From NCBI GenBank assembly GCA_963666835.2, contig CAXXGO010000006.1, forward strand, positions 1,088,001 to 1,152,000: 64,000 nt of DNA. The letters run 5' to 3'. Both the position numbers and the translations under genes were made by a program. Positions 1 to 9,877 of the stretch are shown in pieces. The DNA is from Phycisphaerae bacterium (GTDB lineage Bacteria > Planctomycetota > Phycisphaerae > UBA1845). Under the pieces are notes generated by a model. That model saw nothing but the letters and a program-made list of their open reading frames with translations, did not search any database and had not been told where the DNA came from. The stretch's first letter is position 1; each line of letters begins with the position of its first letter.

Positions 1-116
1 CCCGCCTTCACGCTAAACCGGAGGCAACGCGCTGCATCGCCTGCCAGACGGAATACGAGCGGCGATCACCGATTCCTATGACACCATGGGGTCAGTTTTC
101 CGCACAATCTGCCTAA
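1..116 (+). CDS. 3' end of a TraR/DksA C4-type zinc-finger protein (partial, starts before the window)
   Basis: The frame from nt 3 reads RLHAKPEATRCIACQTEYERR...SA-stop (TAA 114-116). This matches the RLxAxPxAxxCxxCQ C-terminal motif of the DksA/TraR family. Confidence 0.75.
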   Translation, partial: RLHAKPEATRCIACQTEYERRSPIPMTPWGQFSAQSA

Positions 117-269
117 GGGCTCGCACCCGACCCGCCGCGCCGCGACGGCCGGGCGATCCGGCCCGAACGCCCCGCACCACACTGGTGCGGGCGAGCCGTC
201 GCGGCGGGCGGTGGTGCTGATGATTAGCGTCATGCCGAGAATGGTAGGGTAACGGCACGAAACGAGGCA

Positions 270-2002
270 GGCAGGTCTCGTTCCTCGATTATGCGCTACG
301 CGCTGCATGCCGGCTCACGGGTTGACAAGTTGGCCTATGACACCCAGGTGGCATATCTTGTAGGGTAGGTCGAGGCACGAGACCTGCCGCTGTCTTTGTG
401 CGACGTGCGCGCTTTTGAGCCTACGCCGAAGGCGTTTCACGACAAAGCCCAGGGTGAACGAAGCGGCGTAGCCGCGAAGTGCCACCCTGGGGCACAAACC
501 CGCCTTTTGCACCAACCCCGACGTGGGTTGAACAACGGCGGGACCCCGTTGGGGTGCGTTCTTCATGCGATCGTGATCCCAGGGTAGCCGCTCCGCGGCA
601 ACCCGGGGCTACCGGACGTAACGGCGTAGTTCGGTACGTCGAACATTCCCGCGCAATGCCGCATTCCCTCACACCGGCTGTAGCGGGTGGGGTCCGTTCC
701 GCGGATCGTATTTGCTCCACGGGTCAACAAGTTGACGCATGCCACCAAGTTGGCTTCCACGTAGGGCACGGTCGAGGTACGAGACCTGCCATCAACGCCG
801 CAATGGCTCGATCTGCACGAACATGCGCCACCTGCGTGCCTCGCGGAACCAGCCCGCCAGGGTGACAACTCTGCCTAGCTCGCGCGGCGCGAGCCGCGGG
901 ATCGCGTCGCACGTCGACGCCAGCCCCGCTAGGGGCGGCACTTTGATACTCGGAGGGGGTCCGGCCTTCGCCAACATGCTCTCCGTATGGTGCCGAAACA
1001 TCGGCGTCCGATCCAAACGTCGATGTTCTCTGCCGCCCGCAAGGGGCTTGGGGTGAAGCGGCCGCACGGTCTCCCCAGGCTTACGCCTTGGGGCTACAGG
1101 ACCTGTCGCCCCAAGGGGCTTCACTCCGGCGGGTGCGCTACTGTTCTCGAATAGTACGCTGCCGCCACGGGTGACGCTCCACGGGTCAACAAGCTGGCCG
1201 ATGACACGCAAGTGGCATATGATGCATGGCAGGTCTCGTTCCTCGACCATGCCCTACCTGCTGCGCCGCATCGTTTACTCGGGGTTGTCCTGTCAGACGC
1301 CGTCGGCGCACGTTCAGAAGGGGGGGCGTTGCGTAGGGACCATGGCAGGTCTCGTTCCTCGACCGTGCCCTAACTGCTGCGCCGCATCGTTTATTCGGGG
1401 TTGTCCTGTCAGACGCCTTCGGTGCATGTTCAGAAGGGGGGCGTTGGGTAGGGACTACGGCAGGTCTCGTTCCTCGACCGTGCCCTACCTGCTACGCCGC
1501 TTCGTTTATTCGGGGTTGTCCTGTCAGACGCCTTCGGCGCACGTTCAGAAGGGGGGCGTTGCGTAGGGACTACGGCAGGTCTCGTTCCTCGACCATGCCC
1601 TACCTGCTGCGCCGCATCGTTTACTCGGGGTTGTCCTGTCAGACGCCGTCGGCGCACGTTCAGAAGGGGGGCGTTGCGTAGGGACTACGGCAGGTCTCGT
1701 TCCTCGACCGTGCCCTACCTGCTGCGCCGCTTCGTTTATTCGGGGTTGTCCTGTCAGACGCGTTCGGCGCACGTTAAGAAGGGGGGCGTTGCGTAGGGAC
1801 TACGGCAGGTCTCGTTCCTCGACCGTGCCCTACCTGCTACGCCGCTTCGTTTATTCGGGGTTGTCCTGTCAGACGCGTTCGGCGCACGTTAAGAAGCGGA
1901 GCGTAAGGACCACGGCAGGTCTCGTTCCTCGACCGTGCCCTGCGTGCTGCATGCCGGCTCACGGGTGAACAAGTTGGCCCATGCCACCCGCGTGGCATAT
2001 CT
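270..2002. repeat. Composite extragenic palindromic repeat locus A (REP/BIME-like), between convergent genes
   Basis: Ten copies of REP-A (GTAGGGCACGGTCGAGG[T/A]ACGAGACCTGCC or its reverse complement) at ~270, 360, 761, 1228, 1344, 1459, 1574, 1689, 1804 and 1914. Palindrome CACGGGTCAACAAGTTG(A/G)CC occurs at ~316, 718, 1180 and 1960. Longer hairpin modules at 421-630, 850-950 and 1021-1122. No credible ORF. Confidence 0.9.
1228..1943. repeat. Tandem array of six ~115-bp units plus a seventh REP-A core
   Basis: GGCAGGTCTCGTTCCTCGACC starts at 1228, 1344, 1459, 1574, 1689, 1804 and 1914. The intervening sequences are near-identical. Confidence 0.95.
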
Positions 2003-2012
2003 GCTCCGCCGC

Positions 2013-3407
2013 CTACTTGCGCAAGTACGCCAGCGCCGCGGCGATTACCGGGTCGCCGTCTTTGAAATCGGCCGGTTCGGTTACGACCTCAATATCCGGC
2101 GAGATGCCCTGGCCCTCCCACTCGCGGCCGTCCGGCGACATGGTCTTCCAACTCGGCAGATTGACCGTAATGCCGTTGGGCAGCTCGTGTGGCTGAGGGT
2201 TTCCGCTGGAGCCGTAAGACGGCTCACCCACCAGTCGGCACCCGGGCACGGTCTTCATCATCAGCAGAAAGGCCTCGCAACTGCTCATGACGTAACGACC
2301 GGTCAGCACGGCAACCTTCCCGCGGTACTTCGGCCGGTCCCGGCTCGGTTCGAGGACTCGTTTGGTCGGCGCGGTGAAGCCGCTCGGGGCCTTGCGGTCG
2401 CAGTTGACGTGCTGGGCGTACACCACCGGCTCATCCACGAAACACCCGGCGAACTCCTGTGCCACCAACTCTGCACCGCCGGAATTGAAACGCATGTCAA
2501 TGATCAGCCCCGGGCAGTCGGCGAGTTCCTCCAGGGCGACAAAGGCTTGTTCATGGGCTCCGGCTTCCCGGTTCCGCCAGGTGGAGATCAGGATGTAACC
2601 GATCCCATCCGGATAACGGCCGGAGAAGACAGCGGCCGAGCGCTTCGCGAACTCCGGAACCAGCTCGGGCAAGCGGCGCTGGTCGGCGTTGGGTGACACG
2701 AATCGGCGGAAGCACGCGAACCAGCGGTCGCGGAGGCTCACGGAGATATGCACGTCTTTGGCCGCGGCCAGCATGCGGCCGGCGTAGCGGCCGAACTGCT
2801 CCGGTGTGGCCGCCCCGCAGAGCCGCGTCTCGTAATCCGCAAAAAGTTTGTCCCAGTCTATGCCGCGCACCGCGCGATAGGAGTATTCCTCGTTAACCAA
2901 ACGCCGCAGCTCCTTGAAGGCCGCCCGATGTTTCTCGGGCGGCACGTCGCTGGATCCCCCGCGGGTAGCGAAGTTGAGCGAATAGGGACCCGCGGACTCT
3001 CCGCCGGCGTTTCGGAAGTTCATGGCCGAGGGGCAGTTGAGGTTGAAGCCGTAGTCGTGGTTGAGCTTCAGCTTGACGGGTAGTACGAACGTCCGGGCGT
3101 TTTGCCAACTCGCCTCGCCGACCACTTCGGGGAACCAGTCCCCGCCGCCGCACACCGAATGGCCGGTATGGTCCATATCCTGATCAAACTCGACGCGGAT
3201 CTCGGTCAGGCCGGGGTCAACGTCGAAGTCGCCGTCGGCGGGGGTTGTGCGGATTACCGTCGGCGGCGCTGCGTACGTGGGGGGTGACACAACGCCGACA
3301 CTAAGCAGCAAGACGACAAGCACCGCGCCAAGAGGGGGAATGGCGCGATTAGCCGGGTTAGAAGGTGAAGTCGGTACTGTTCCAACGTCTTGGAATGTAT
3401 CCTGCAT
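2013..3407 (-). CDS. Secreted S41-family peptidase with an N-terminal Ig-like (Big_5-like) domain
   Basis: Hydrophobic signal segment. Ig-like region TTPADGDFDVDP..EIRVEFDQDM. S41 motifs GLIIDMRFNSGG, VAVLTGRYVMSSCEAF, LVGEPSYGSSG and EGQGISPDIEV. Confidence 0.85.
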   Translation of the reverse strand: MQDTFQDVGTVPTSPSNPANRAIPPLGAVLVVLLLSVGVVSPPTYAAPPTVIRTTPADGDFDVDPGLTEIRVEFDQDMDHTGHSVCGGGDWFPEVVGEASWQNARTFVLPVKLKLNHDYGFNLNCPSAMNFRNAGGESAGPYSLNFATRGGSSDVPPEKHRAAFKELRRLVNEEYSYRAVRGIDWDKLFADYETRLCGAATPEQFGRYAGRMLAAAKDVHISVSLRDRWFACFRRFVSPNADQRRLPELVPEFAKRSAAVFSGRYPDGIGYILISTWRNREAGAHEQAFVALEELADCPGLIIDMRFNSGGAELVAQEFAGCFVDEPVVYAQHVNCDRKAPSGFTAPTKRVLEPSRDRPKYRGKVAVLTGRYVMSSCEAFLLMMKTVPGCRLVGEPSYGSSGNPQPHELPNGITVNLPSWKTMSPDGREWEGQGISPDIEVVTEPADFKDGDPVIAAALAYLRK

Positions 3408-3545
3408 TGGTCAGCCTCCTTGGTACGAGAATCGTCTGTCGAACAGCGGATCCCGGGCGCTCATCCAGACCAGAACCAGGTCATCGTAACTTCGGAGCGA
3501 TGCCTCGGGTAGCGGGCGGTCTGTCGCTTCTTGTGGATTCGGTCG

Positions 3546-3985
3546 GGTGAAGCACATCGCCGGTACACGCGCTGGGTGAATTTCCGGAAGCGCTGGCGGG
3601 GGGCATCTCTGGCAGGGGCGGTTCTCGTCCTGCGTTCTCGACGAGCACCATCTGCTGGCCGCGGCTCGATATGTCGAGATGAACCCGGTCAAGGCCGGCC
3701 TGCTGGCAACGCCGCAGGCCTACCGCTGGAGCAGTGCCAACGCCCACTTGAAGAGGCGCGACGATTGCCTCGTTCGGGTTGAACCGCTTCTGTCACTAGT
3801 CGGTCCGTGGCGTCGGTTTCTGTCGCAATCGCAAGAAGGCGAGACTATCGAGCGGCTGCAGATGCACGAGCGCACCGGCCGCCCGCTCGGAAACGACTCG
3901 TTCCTGGCAAAGCTCGAAAGACGCCTGGGCCGCCCCCTCCGCCCCCGCAAACCCGGCCGCAAACCGAAGAGACTAACCGATGAGG
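3546..3985 (+). pseudogene. C-terminal remnant of a REP-associated tyrosine transposase (RAYT, IS200/IS605 TnpA-like Y1 family), frameshifted
   Basis: GEAHRRYTRWVNFRKRWRG is followed by a frame change in the G-run at ~3598-3603. The new frame reads HLWQGRFSSCVLDEHHLLAAARYVEMNPVKAGL..YRWSSA..RTGRPLG..RKPGRKPK. The N-terminal HUH half is absent. Confidence 0.85.
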
Positions 3986-3986
3986 C

Positions 3987-4066
3987 CGCGAAATCGGTAT
4001 GGTGTCCCCCGAATTTCGCTCGCGAAATCGGTATGGTGTCCCCCGAATTTCGCCCCCGAATTTCGC
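3987..4066 (+). repeat. RAYT 3'-flank repeat: two 34-bp copies of CGCGAAATCGGTATGGTGTCCCCCGAATTTCGC plus a partial third
   Basis: Direct repeats at 3987-4020 and 4021-4053, and a partial CCCCGAATTTCGC at 4054-4066. Confidence 0.9.
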
Positions 4067-4651
4067 GGCGTCAATCCTGATCCGACGCGATTCGACGGTA
4101 TCCTGGTATTGCATGCCCCCGACGCCGACGCCGTCGCTGGCACGTTGGATAGCGCCGCAAACGGAACCGCGACCGTGCAGCCGCGTACGATGGTCGAAGC
4201 GCGACTCGACGACGGGCAGAGGTTACTTGCACTCAACGAACTCTTCGTCGGCGTCCGCACCCATCAGTCGGCGCGGTATTCGCTGCGCTTCGGTAACCAA
4301 GTGGAGCACCAGTGCTCATCGGGGTTGATCGTGGCGACGGGAACCGGCTCCACCGGGTGGGCGCGGTCGATCCTCGGGGAACGGCAGTCGAACTTGATCA
4401 TGCCCGACGCGGGGAGCGATGAGTTGGCCTTCCTGGTGCGTGAAGCCTTCCCCAGCATAACCTCGGGCACCGAACTTACCGAGGGGCTGATCCGAGACTC
4501 CGAGAAACTCGTAGTAGTTTCGGAGGTGAGTGCGAACGGCGTGGTTTTCGGCGACGGAATCGAAGACGACAACCTGCCCTTTGACTGGGGAAGCGTTCTG
4601 ACGGTACGACCTGCGGCCAACAAGCTGCACCTCGTCGTCGGAGCATCGTGA
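4067..4651 (+). pseudogene. 5'-truncated NAD kinase-like (ATP-NAD kinase fold) gene
   Basis: GVNPDPTRFDGIL..LALNELFVG..HQSARY..SSGLIVATGTGSTGW are C-terminal NAD-kinase-like motifs. The N-terminal domain is missing and recognisable similarity starts right after the RAYT repeat. Confidence 0.75.
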
Positions 4652-4804
4652 ATCTTCTGGTTGCACGCCGGTGCAGTGAGCAAGAACCTGCTCGAAACCG
4701 GTCCTCTTTCTCAACGTTCTACTCTCCATGTACGCCAGAGGCAGGGCTCCGAGTCTACTCATCAGTGCCGAAGCGACACTCTTCCAACAGCCAATCCGCA
4801 ATTG

Positions 4805-4950
4805 CGCAAACGCGGGGGACATACCGTTTTCTGTTGACGCGTTGGGCAAAGGTCGAAAGACGCCGGGGTCGCCTCCAACGCCCCCGCAGACCGACGAGGT
4901 CGTCGGATTAAGCCGCGGAATACGCTTGGTGCCCCCCGCCCGGAGATTCC
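4805..4950 (+). mobile_element. Miniature, internally deleted RAYT derivative (MITE-like)
   Basis: Left end GGGGGACATACCG..TTGAC is inverted relative to the 3987 repeat. The middle (GGCAAAGGTCGAAAGACGCCGGGGTCGCC..GCCCCCGCAGACC) aligns with the RAYT 3' end at ~3906-3953. Right end CCGCGGAATACGCTTGGTGCCCCCCG resembles CCGCGAAATCGGTATGGTGTCCCCCG. Confidence 0.7.
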
Positions 4951-4981
4951 CAGGCGGAAATCAAACGGCTAGGATTCTGAG

Positions 4982-5317
4982 ATGGCTGTTATTGGGTTTG
5001 GCGACGATTCGGTTTGGCACGTTGCCGGCTGGTGTCTTCGGCAGCTCTTTGTCGACGTGGAATTGTGCTACAACGTGGATGAGAAGATGGCGTGGAAGTT
5101 CGATCAGGCCAGGGCGTTGAGCGGCCTGCACTTGGATCTAATCGACTCGAGCTTCAGCGCACGCATACTAACGGCACTGAGCGTAACGGTGGCCGCAATA
5201 CTTGACGACTCGATCGTCGAGAAGAGGTCTGCGCCACTGGACGATGAGACGCAGGCGATGTACAAGGCGGCCGTGCAAGAGCTGGCAACCTACGTGAACG
5301 AGAATCTCGCCTTGTAG
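4982..5317 (+). CDS. Hypothetical protein (111 aa)
   Basis: ATG-started ORF with a natural-looking amino-acid composition that fills the gap before a convergent gene. No recognised motif. Confidence 0.55.
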   Translation: MAVIGFGDDSVWHVAGWCLRQLFVDVELCYNVDEKMAWKFDQARALSGLHLDLIDSSFSARILTALSVTVAAILDDSIVEKRSAPLDDETQAMYKAAVQELATYVNENLAL

Positions 5318-5371
5318 CTTCGAACTCGGCGTACACCACACCCAACAAGTTCGGATGACCGCCGCAATCCG

Positions 5372-6274
5372 TTACAGCTCTTCCGATGCGTCGTCCGCCG
5401 TCTTCGGCGAAGCGGGCGTGCGGCGGTGGGAGGATAGACCGAGCAGGGCTAGCGTGTCGCGCTCGACGATACCTCGCAGATGCTCGCGCGGGATGGTCGG
5501 TAGGCTCGTGCCGTGGATTAAGTGGCTGATACCGTACAGCTCCTCGATCACATGGGAGGCCGGGGCTTTTGGGAAGCCGCTTCCGAACAGCAGCTTGCCC
5601 GTCACCCCGCAGTGGTACGCGCTGAGCAACGCCTCATAGGCCCGCCAGGGTTGCTCCAGAAGCCAACTGATCTCGGCGTACACGTTCTGATGCTTTGCCA
5701 GTAGCACGATTGTCTCATCAACCCACGGAAAGCCCATGTGGGCGATGACGATCTTCAGGTTGGGCAGCTCCCGGGCGATCTCGTCAAGCAGCACCGGGCG
5801 GGCGTACTCCAGCTTCGTGGCCGCCGAGGTGTGTACGCCGGTATGGAACAGGATCGGCATTCCGGCTTGGGAGGCTTCGGCGTAGACCAGCATGGCTTGG
5901 CTGCTGTTGGGGTGGAAATCCTGGGCGGCCGGGGCGACGTTGAGCCCCGGCATGGATAGCTCGGTGCGCGCCCGAGTCATCTCCGCAATCGCCTCCTTCG
6001 GGTTGCTCGGGTCAATCCCCGCTAAGCCGATCATCCGATCGCGATGTTGTCCGACGTACGCGGCCACGCGATCGTTGGGGATGTCCGCATCGAGATACCG
6101 GCTCTGAAACCCGAGCACGAGGGTGACATCGATGGGCTCGGCGGCGGCGAGGTGCCGGGCGATGTCGGCGCCGCATGGATCGGTTCCGTTGCGTGCTTCC
6201 GGATCGACCCCGGCCACACAACGACCAAGCTGGGCCGCCGTCTCCCACGTGTGCGTGTAACAGTCTACTATCAT
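5372..6274 (-). CDS. Amidohydrolase family protein (Amidohydro_2)
   Basis: Motifs MIVDCYTH, GLAGIDP, PILFHTG, LKIVIAHMGFPW, NVYAEIS and KLLFGSGFP. Confidence 0.9.
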   Translation of the reverse strand: MIVDCYTHTWETAAQLGRCVAGVDPEARNGTDPCGADIARHLAAAEPIDVTLVLGFQSRYLDADIPNDRVAAYVGQHRDRMIGLAGIDPSNPKEAIAEMTRARTELSMPGLNVAPAAQDFHPNSSQAMLVYAEASQAGMPILFHTGVHTSAATKLEYARPVLLDEIARELPNLKIVIAHMGFPWVDETIVLLAKHQNVYAEISWLLEQPWRAYEALLSAYHCGVTGKLLFGSGFPKAPASHVIEELYGISHLIHGTSLPTIPREHLRGIVERDTLALLGLSSHRRTPASPKTADDASEEL

Positions 6275-6613
6275 GGAGGTTACGTCGTCTTGCCTATCCC
6301 CGGGGCACCATGCCGCGCGGCCGCGTATCGTACCGCCTCCGGGGCAGTACGGTCAAGCTGGGGTATTTGTCCGAGGTGACCCGATCCATGAGGCCTCGAC
6401 CCTGGGGCGGCCCGCTCGAGTTCCGCCGGGGTATTGCCGTGGGCGGGGCGTCGGACGTGGTCACGAGTGCGGTGAAGCGTTATCCTGGGGCGGTTCGGTG
6501 AATCCACCCGGCGCGGTGGTGGGTTCGGGGGCGGTTGCGTCCTTCGGGCACGCCGTCCGCGGGTGTGCGCGGGGTGACCGGCCGGACGGCGACCGACCAG
6601 GGATGGATGTCAG

Positions 6614-8347
6614 TTGCGAAAGTCGAACCCTTCACAGACTAGCTGGAGTGAATCCGGAGCCCCCTTTGTGGAGCCGGGGGTTGGGTTTGAGGTAGCGACG
6701 CACCGCGGGCTGATTGTGCTCGGGTTGCTGACGCTGATCCTCAAGAGCCTGATCTTCGCGCCGATCTCGTGGTGGCCTCTGGCGTTCGTTTGCCTCGTTC
6801 CGTGGTTGCTCATGGTGGGCGGGGCAACTCTGGCTCCGCGAGTGTACCTGCATAGCTACCTGATGGGGCTGGTGTTCTTCCTGATCAATGTGCGATGGCT
6901 CTATCCGGCGACGGGGGCGGGGTACGTGGCCATGGCGGTATACCTGGCGGCGTACTTCCCGTTGATGGCATGCGCGGTCCGCTCGATCGTGCGCCGGCGC
7001 CGCTGGCCTTTGGCGGTGGCAGTTCCCTTCGTTTGGGTCGGCTGCGAGATGCTCCGGGCAGTCGTGATTTCCGGGTTCCCGTGGTTCTATCTGTCGCACA
7101 GCCTTCACGGCGTGCTGACGCTGATCCAAATCAGCGATCTCGTGGGGGCGTACGGGGTCAGCTTCGTGGTGGCGGCCGTTAACGGAGCGATAGCGGATGT
7201 CATCATCGCCAGATCGGCGGCGCGCCGTGCGGATTCCACCAAGGTGCCGGGGCGATCGTGGCGTTTCAGTGCGGCGTTTGCGGGGTCCCTTCTGGTGGTG
7301 ACGACCGTTTACGGGTGGGTTCGGCTCAGCCAGGATACGATCTCTCCGGGTCCGCGCGTGGCCGTGCTTCAAGGTGATTTCGTCAACGCCGTCTACGATC
7401 AGGGAGCGAGCGAAGAGGAGAAGAGGCGGGTCTACCTGGGGTTGATTGACGAAGCCTCCAAGGAGAAGCCGGACCTGTACCTGCTCCCGGAATCGCCGTG
7501 GTCCATGTACTTGAACAAAGAGGCCCGAGACTACTTTGCATCCTACCGGGAGAGCTACACGCAGTTGCGCGGCCGGGCTATGCGCGACCGGGCGTATCTG
7601 GTGACCGGCAGCGCGAGTTACGTTAAGACTCCGTACGATCTGCTGGCCACCGAACGGCGGTACAACTCGGCAACGATATTCAACCCGGAGGGCACCGAGC
7701 CGGAGCGATATGACAAAGTCCATCTGGTCTACTTTGGTGAGGTCGTGCCGTTTAGGTTCGGCCGGCTGCGTTTCGTCTACTTCTGGCTGAATAAGCTGAT
7801 GCCGTTCAGCGATCACGGAAAGAGAGAATATTCGATCTTCCCGGGCGAGGGGTTCCGCACGTTTTCGATGAATCCGACCTCGCAGCCGGGTGAGTCCTAT
7901 TCGTTCGGAGTGCCGATTTGCTATGAAGATGTTATGCCTTATGTGAGCCGGGAGTTCGTCTCGGGCGGCGGGGCGAGCAAGCGCGTCGATCTGCTATTGA
8001 ACATCAGCAACGACGGCTGGTTCGGGCGCGGCGTGCAACAGCCGCAGCACCTGGCGATATGCGTGTTCCGCGCGGTTGAGAACCGCGTGGGGATTGCCCG
8101 GGCGGTCAACACGGGCGTCAGCGCGTTTATTCGGCCCGACGGTCGAGTGCATGATGTAGTGACGGGCGATCCTAACACGACATGGCCCGGAGTGAGCGGG
8201 TTCTCCGTAGCGAACGTCGGGGTCGATTCGCGCTACTCGTTCTACTCGCGACACGGGGATTGGTTTGCCTGGCTATGTGCGTTGGTATGGTTGGCGATAT
8301 TCCTGGACTATTGGGTCATCCGCGTGCGCACGCGGGGTGATGGTTAG
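6614..8347 (+). CDS. lnt: Apolipoprotein N-acyltransferase (start codon uncertain)
   Basis: N-terminal TM helices with SGFPW. CN-hydrolase triad motifs LPES, YDKVHLVYFGE and PICYED, plus NISNDGWF, RAVEN and RAVNTGVS. Confidence 0.95.
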   Translation: MRKSNPSQTSWSESGAPFVEPGVGFEVATHRGLIVLGLLTLILKSLIFAPISWWPLAFVCLVPWLLMVGGATLAPRVYLHSYLMGLVFFLINVRWLYPATGAGYVAMAVYLAAYFPLMACAVRSIVRRRRWPLAVAVPFVWVGCEMLRAVVISGFPWFYLSHSLHGVLTLIQISDLVGAYGVSFVVAAVNGAIADVIIARSAARRADSTKVPGRSWRFSAAFAGSLLVVTTVYGWVRLSQDTISPGPRVAVLQGDFVNAVYDQGASEEEKRRVYLGLIDEASKEKPDLYLLPESPWSMYLNKEARDYFASYRESYTQLRGRAMRDRAYLVTGSASYVKTPYDLLATERRYNSATIFNPEGTEPERYDKVHLVYFGEVVPFRFGRLRFVYFWLNKLMPFSDHGKREYSIFPGEGFRTFSMNPTSQPGESYSFGVPICYEDVMPYVSREFVSGGGASKRVDLLLNISNDGWFGRGVQQPQHLAICVFRAVENRVGIARAVNTGVSAFIRPDGRVHDVVTGDPNTTWPGVSGFSVANVGVDSRYSFYSRHGDWFAWLCALVWLAIFLDYWVIRVRTRGDG

Positions 8348-8375
8348 GAGGTGCTATGAAAAAGGCGGGTCCTTT

Positions 8376-8705
8376 TTCAGCCTGAAGGCTTCGAGCTGGC
8401 TCCGTGTTCAGGCTGAAAGCCTGCAAGATAGTAGACGGGGGCAAGGACGCGGAGCGGCCGCCGCCCCCGGGTGAGGCCCCAACAATCCAACCAACCCCGA
8501 TAGGGGTGGACGAGGCGGCGTCGATGAACCGCGCTGTTGTTTCAGTCGGGCGGCCTCTTTCGGAATGCGTCAAAAGGAATGGCGTCGTTGGATGGCACAT
8601 TCGCCGGGGCCATTTGACCCTTGCAGGGTCAGGCTGGTCGCGGCGGCGGCGTCCGCCGATGGCGGACTTGCCCCGGGCTACTTCATCTAAGCCCTTCGGG
8701 CTGGA
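8376..8705. repeat. Degenerate palindromic repeat element between lnt and the mreD operon
   Basis: Inverted pair TTCAGCCTGAA..TTCAGGCTGAA and hairpins ACCCCGATAGGGGT, GACCCTTGCAGGGTC and AGCCCTTCGGGCT, in the same style as the 421-630 and 45645-45912 modules. Confidence 0.5.
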
Positions 8706-8818
8706 AGAACCGGGGCATAGTACGTATGCCGTAACTACGCTTATATACAAGGCGTTTGATGTCTACCGCGATACAACACAGGGCGAAGGACGGGGCCCCT
8801 GCATAGGAGTCGGATTCA

Positions 8819-9871
8819 GTGAAATATCCCAGGAAAACGGTGGGTGTGGGATTGATCGTAGCATTCCTGGGCGGATGCGCAACGACCGGCCCGACGGGGA
8901 ACGTGGTCAGCCAACGAGAACTCCGCCGCAGGGCGATGGAGTGCCTTCGAGCGGCGGTCGACTTCAGGCCCAATACGGCCGTGCGGGTGGCGGCGGTCGA
9001 AGCCCTCGAGACCTGCCCCTGTGCTCAGAGCCTGCCGTGGATCAGGACTGCGCTGCTCGACGAGCACCCCGCGGTTCGCTTCGCCGGGTGTGTGGCGATC
9101 GGCAACCTGCGCGACACGGTTGCGGAAACGGCGATTCGCGATCGGCTGAGCGACGACGACCCTAGTGTCCGCGCGGCGGCACTATTCGCTATGCACCGGC
9201 TCGGGCATACCGAACAGACGGGAGAGTTGGCTACTTATCTACTCAAACATGAGGACCCGGCCGTGCGGCGCAATGCGGCGATGGTCTTGGGCATGTTTGA
9301 GGAGCCCGGGGTCGTCAAGCTGCTGGCCCGGGCGATGCGCGACTCGGACGCGGGAGTGCGAGACCACGCCTTGGAGGCTATGGCCCGGCTGGGTAACCGT
9401 GACGCGAAGAAGGAGCTGACTTTCGTAACTTCGGCCGGGATCGGATCCGAGGAGGTTTTTGCCGTTTGTGCGCTGGCGGCGACGCGCGATCGGACCTACG
9501 CCGACACGTATCGGTACAAGCTCTCCGCGGCCCCCCATCTGGAGACTCGTCTGGCGGCGGCATACGGGTTGGGCCTTTTGGGTTCGGACGAGGGGTTCGC
9601 TCTGGCGATGCGGGCTCTGCGCTTACGAAAAGCACCCACGCGAGACCCCAACGATTCACCCGCGGGGCAGCTTCTACGAATTCACCAACTGGCGGCCAAG
9701 GCGCTCGGGGCGATCGGTCGAGCGGACGCCCTTCCGCTCTTGCGAGACCATATGGAGAATCAGAACGACCCGCGACTTCAGGTCTCGGCTGCGCGGGCGG
9801 TTCTCGAGATCGTGGAGGCCAACGAGGACGACGGGCTGCCCTTTGCCTGCGAGACCGGAATAAGGCGATAG
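8819..9871 (+). CDS. HEAT/PBS-repeat lipoprotein
   Basis: Lipobox-like FLGGC after a signal peptide. Repeated DxxPxVRxxA helical units (DEHPAVRFA, DDDPSVRAAA, HEDPAVRRNA, DSDAGVRDHA). Confidence 0.85.
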   Translation: MKYPRKTVGVGLIVAFLGGCATTGPTGNVVSQRELRRRAMECLRAAVDFRPNTAVRVAAVEALETCPCAQSLPWIRTALLDEHPAVRFAGCVAIGNLRDTVAETAIRDRLSDDDPSVRAAALFAMHRLGHTEQTGELATYLLKHEDPAVRRNAAMVLGMFEEPGVVKLLARAMRDSDAGVRDHALEAMARLGNRDAKKELTFVTSAGIGSEEVFAVCALAATRDRTYADTYRYKLSAAPHLETRLAAAYGLGLLGSDEGFALAMRALRLRKAPTRDPNDSPAGQLLRIHQLAAKALGAIGRADALPLLRDHMENQNDPRLQVSAARAVLEIVEANEDDGLPFACETGIRR

Positions 9872-9877
9872 CGGATT

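Noticed and set aside
1228..1943. CRISPR array (regularly spaced ~30-bp palindromic repeat); also considered for 13960-14283 and 35064-35282
   Set aside because: Spacers are near-identical within each array and 60-85 bp long, the repeat also occurs singly in both orientations, and no cas genes are in the window.
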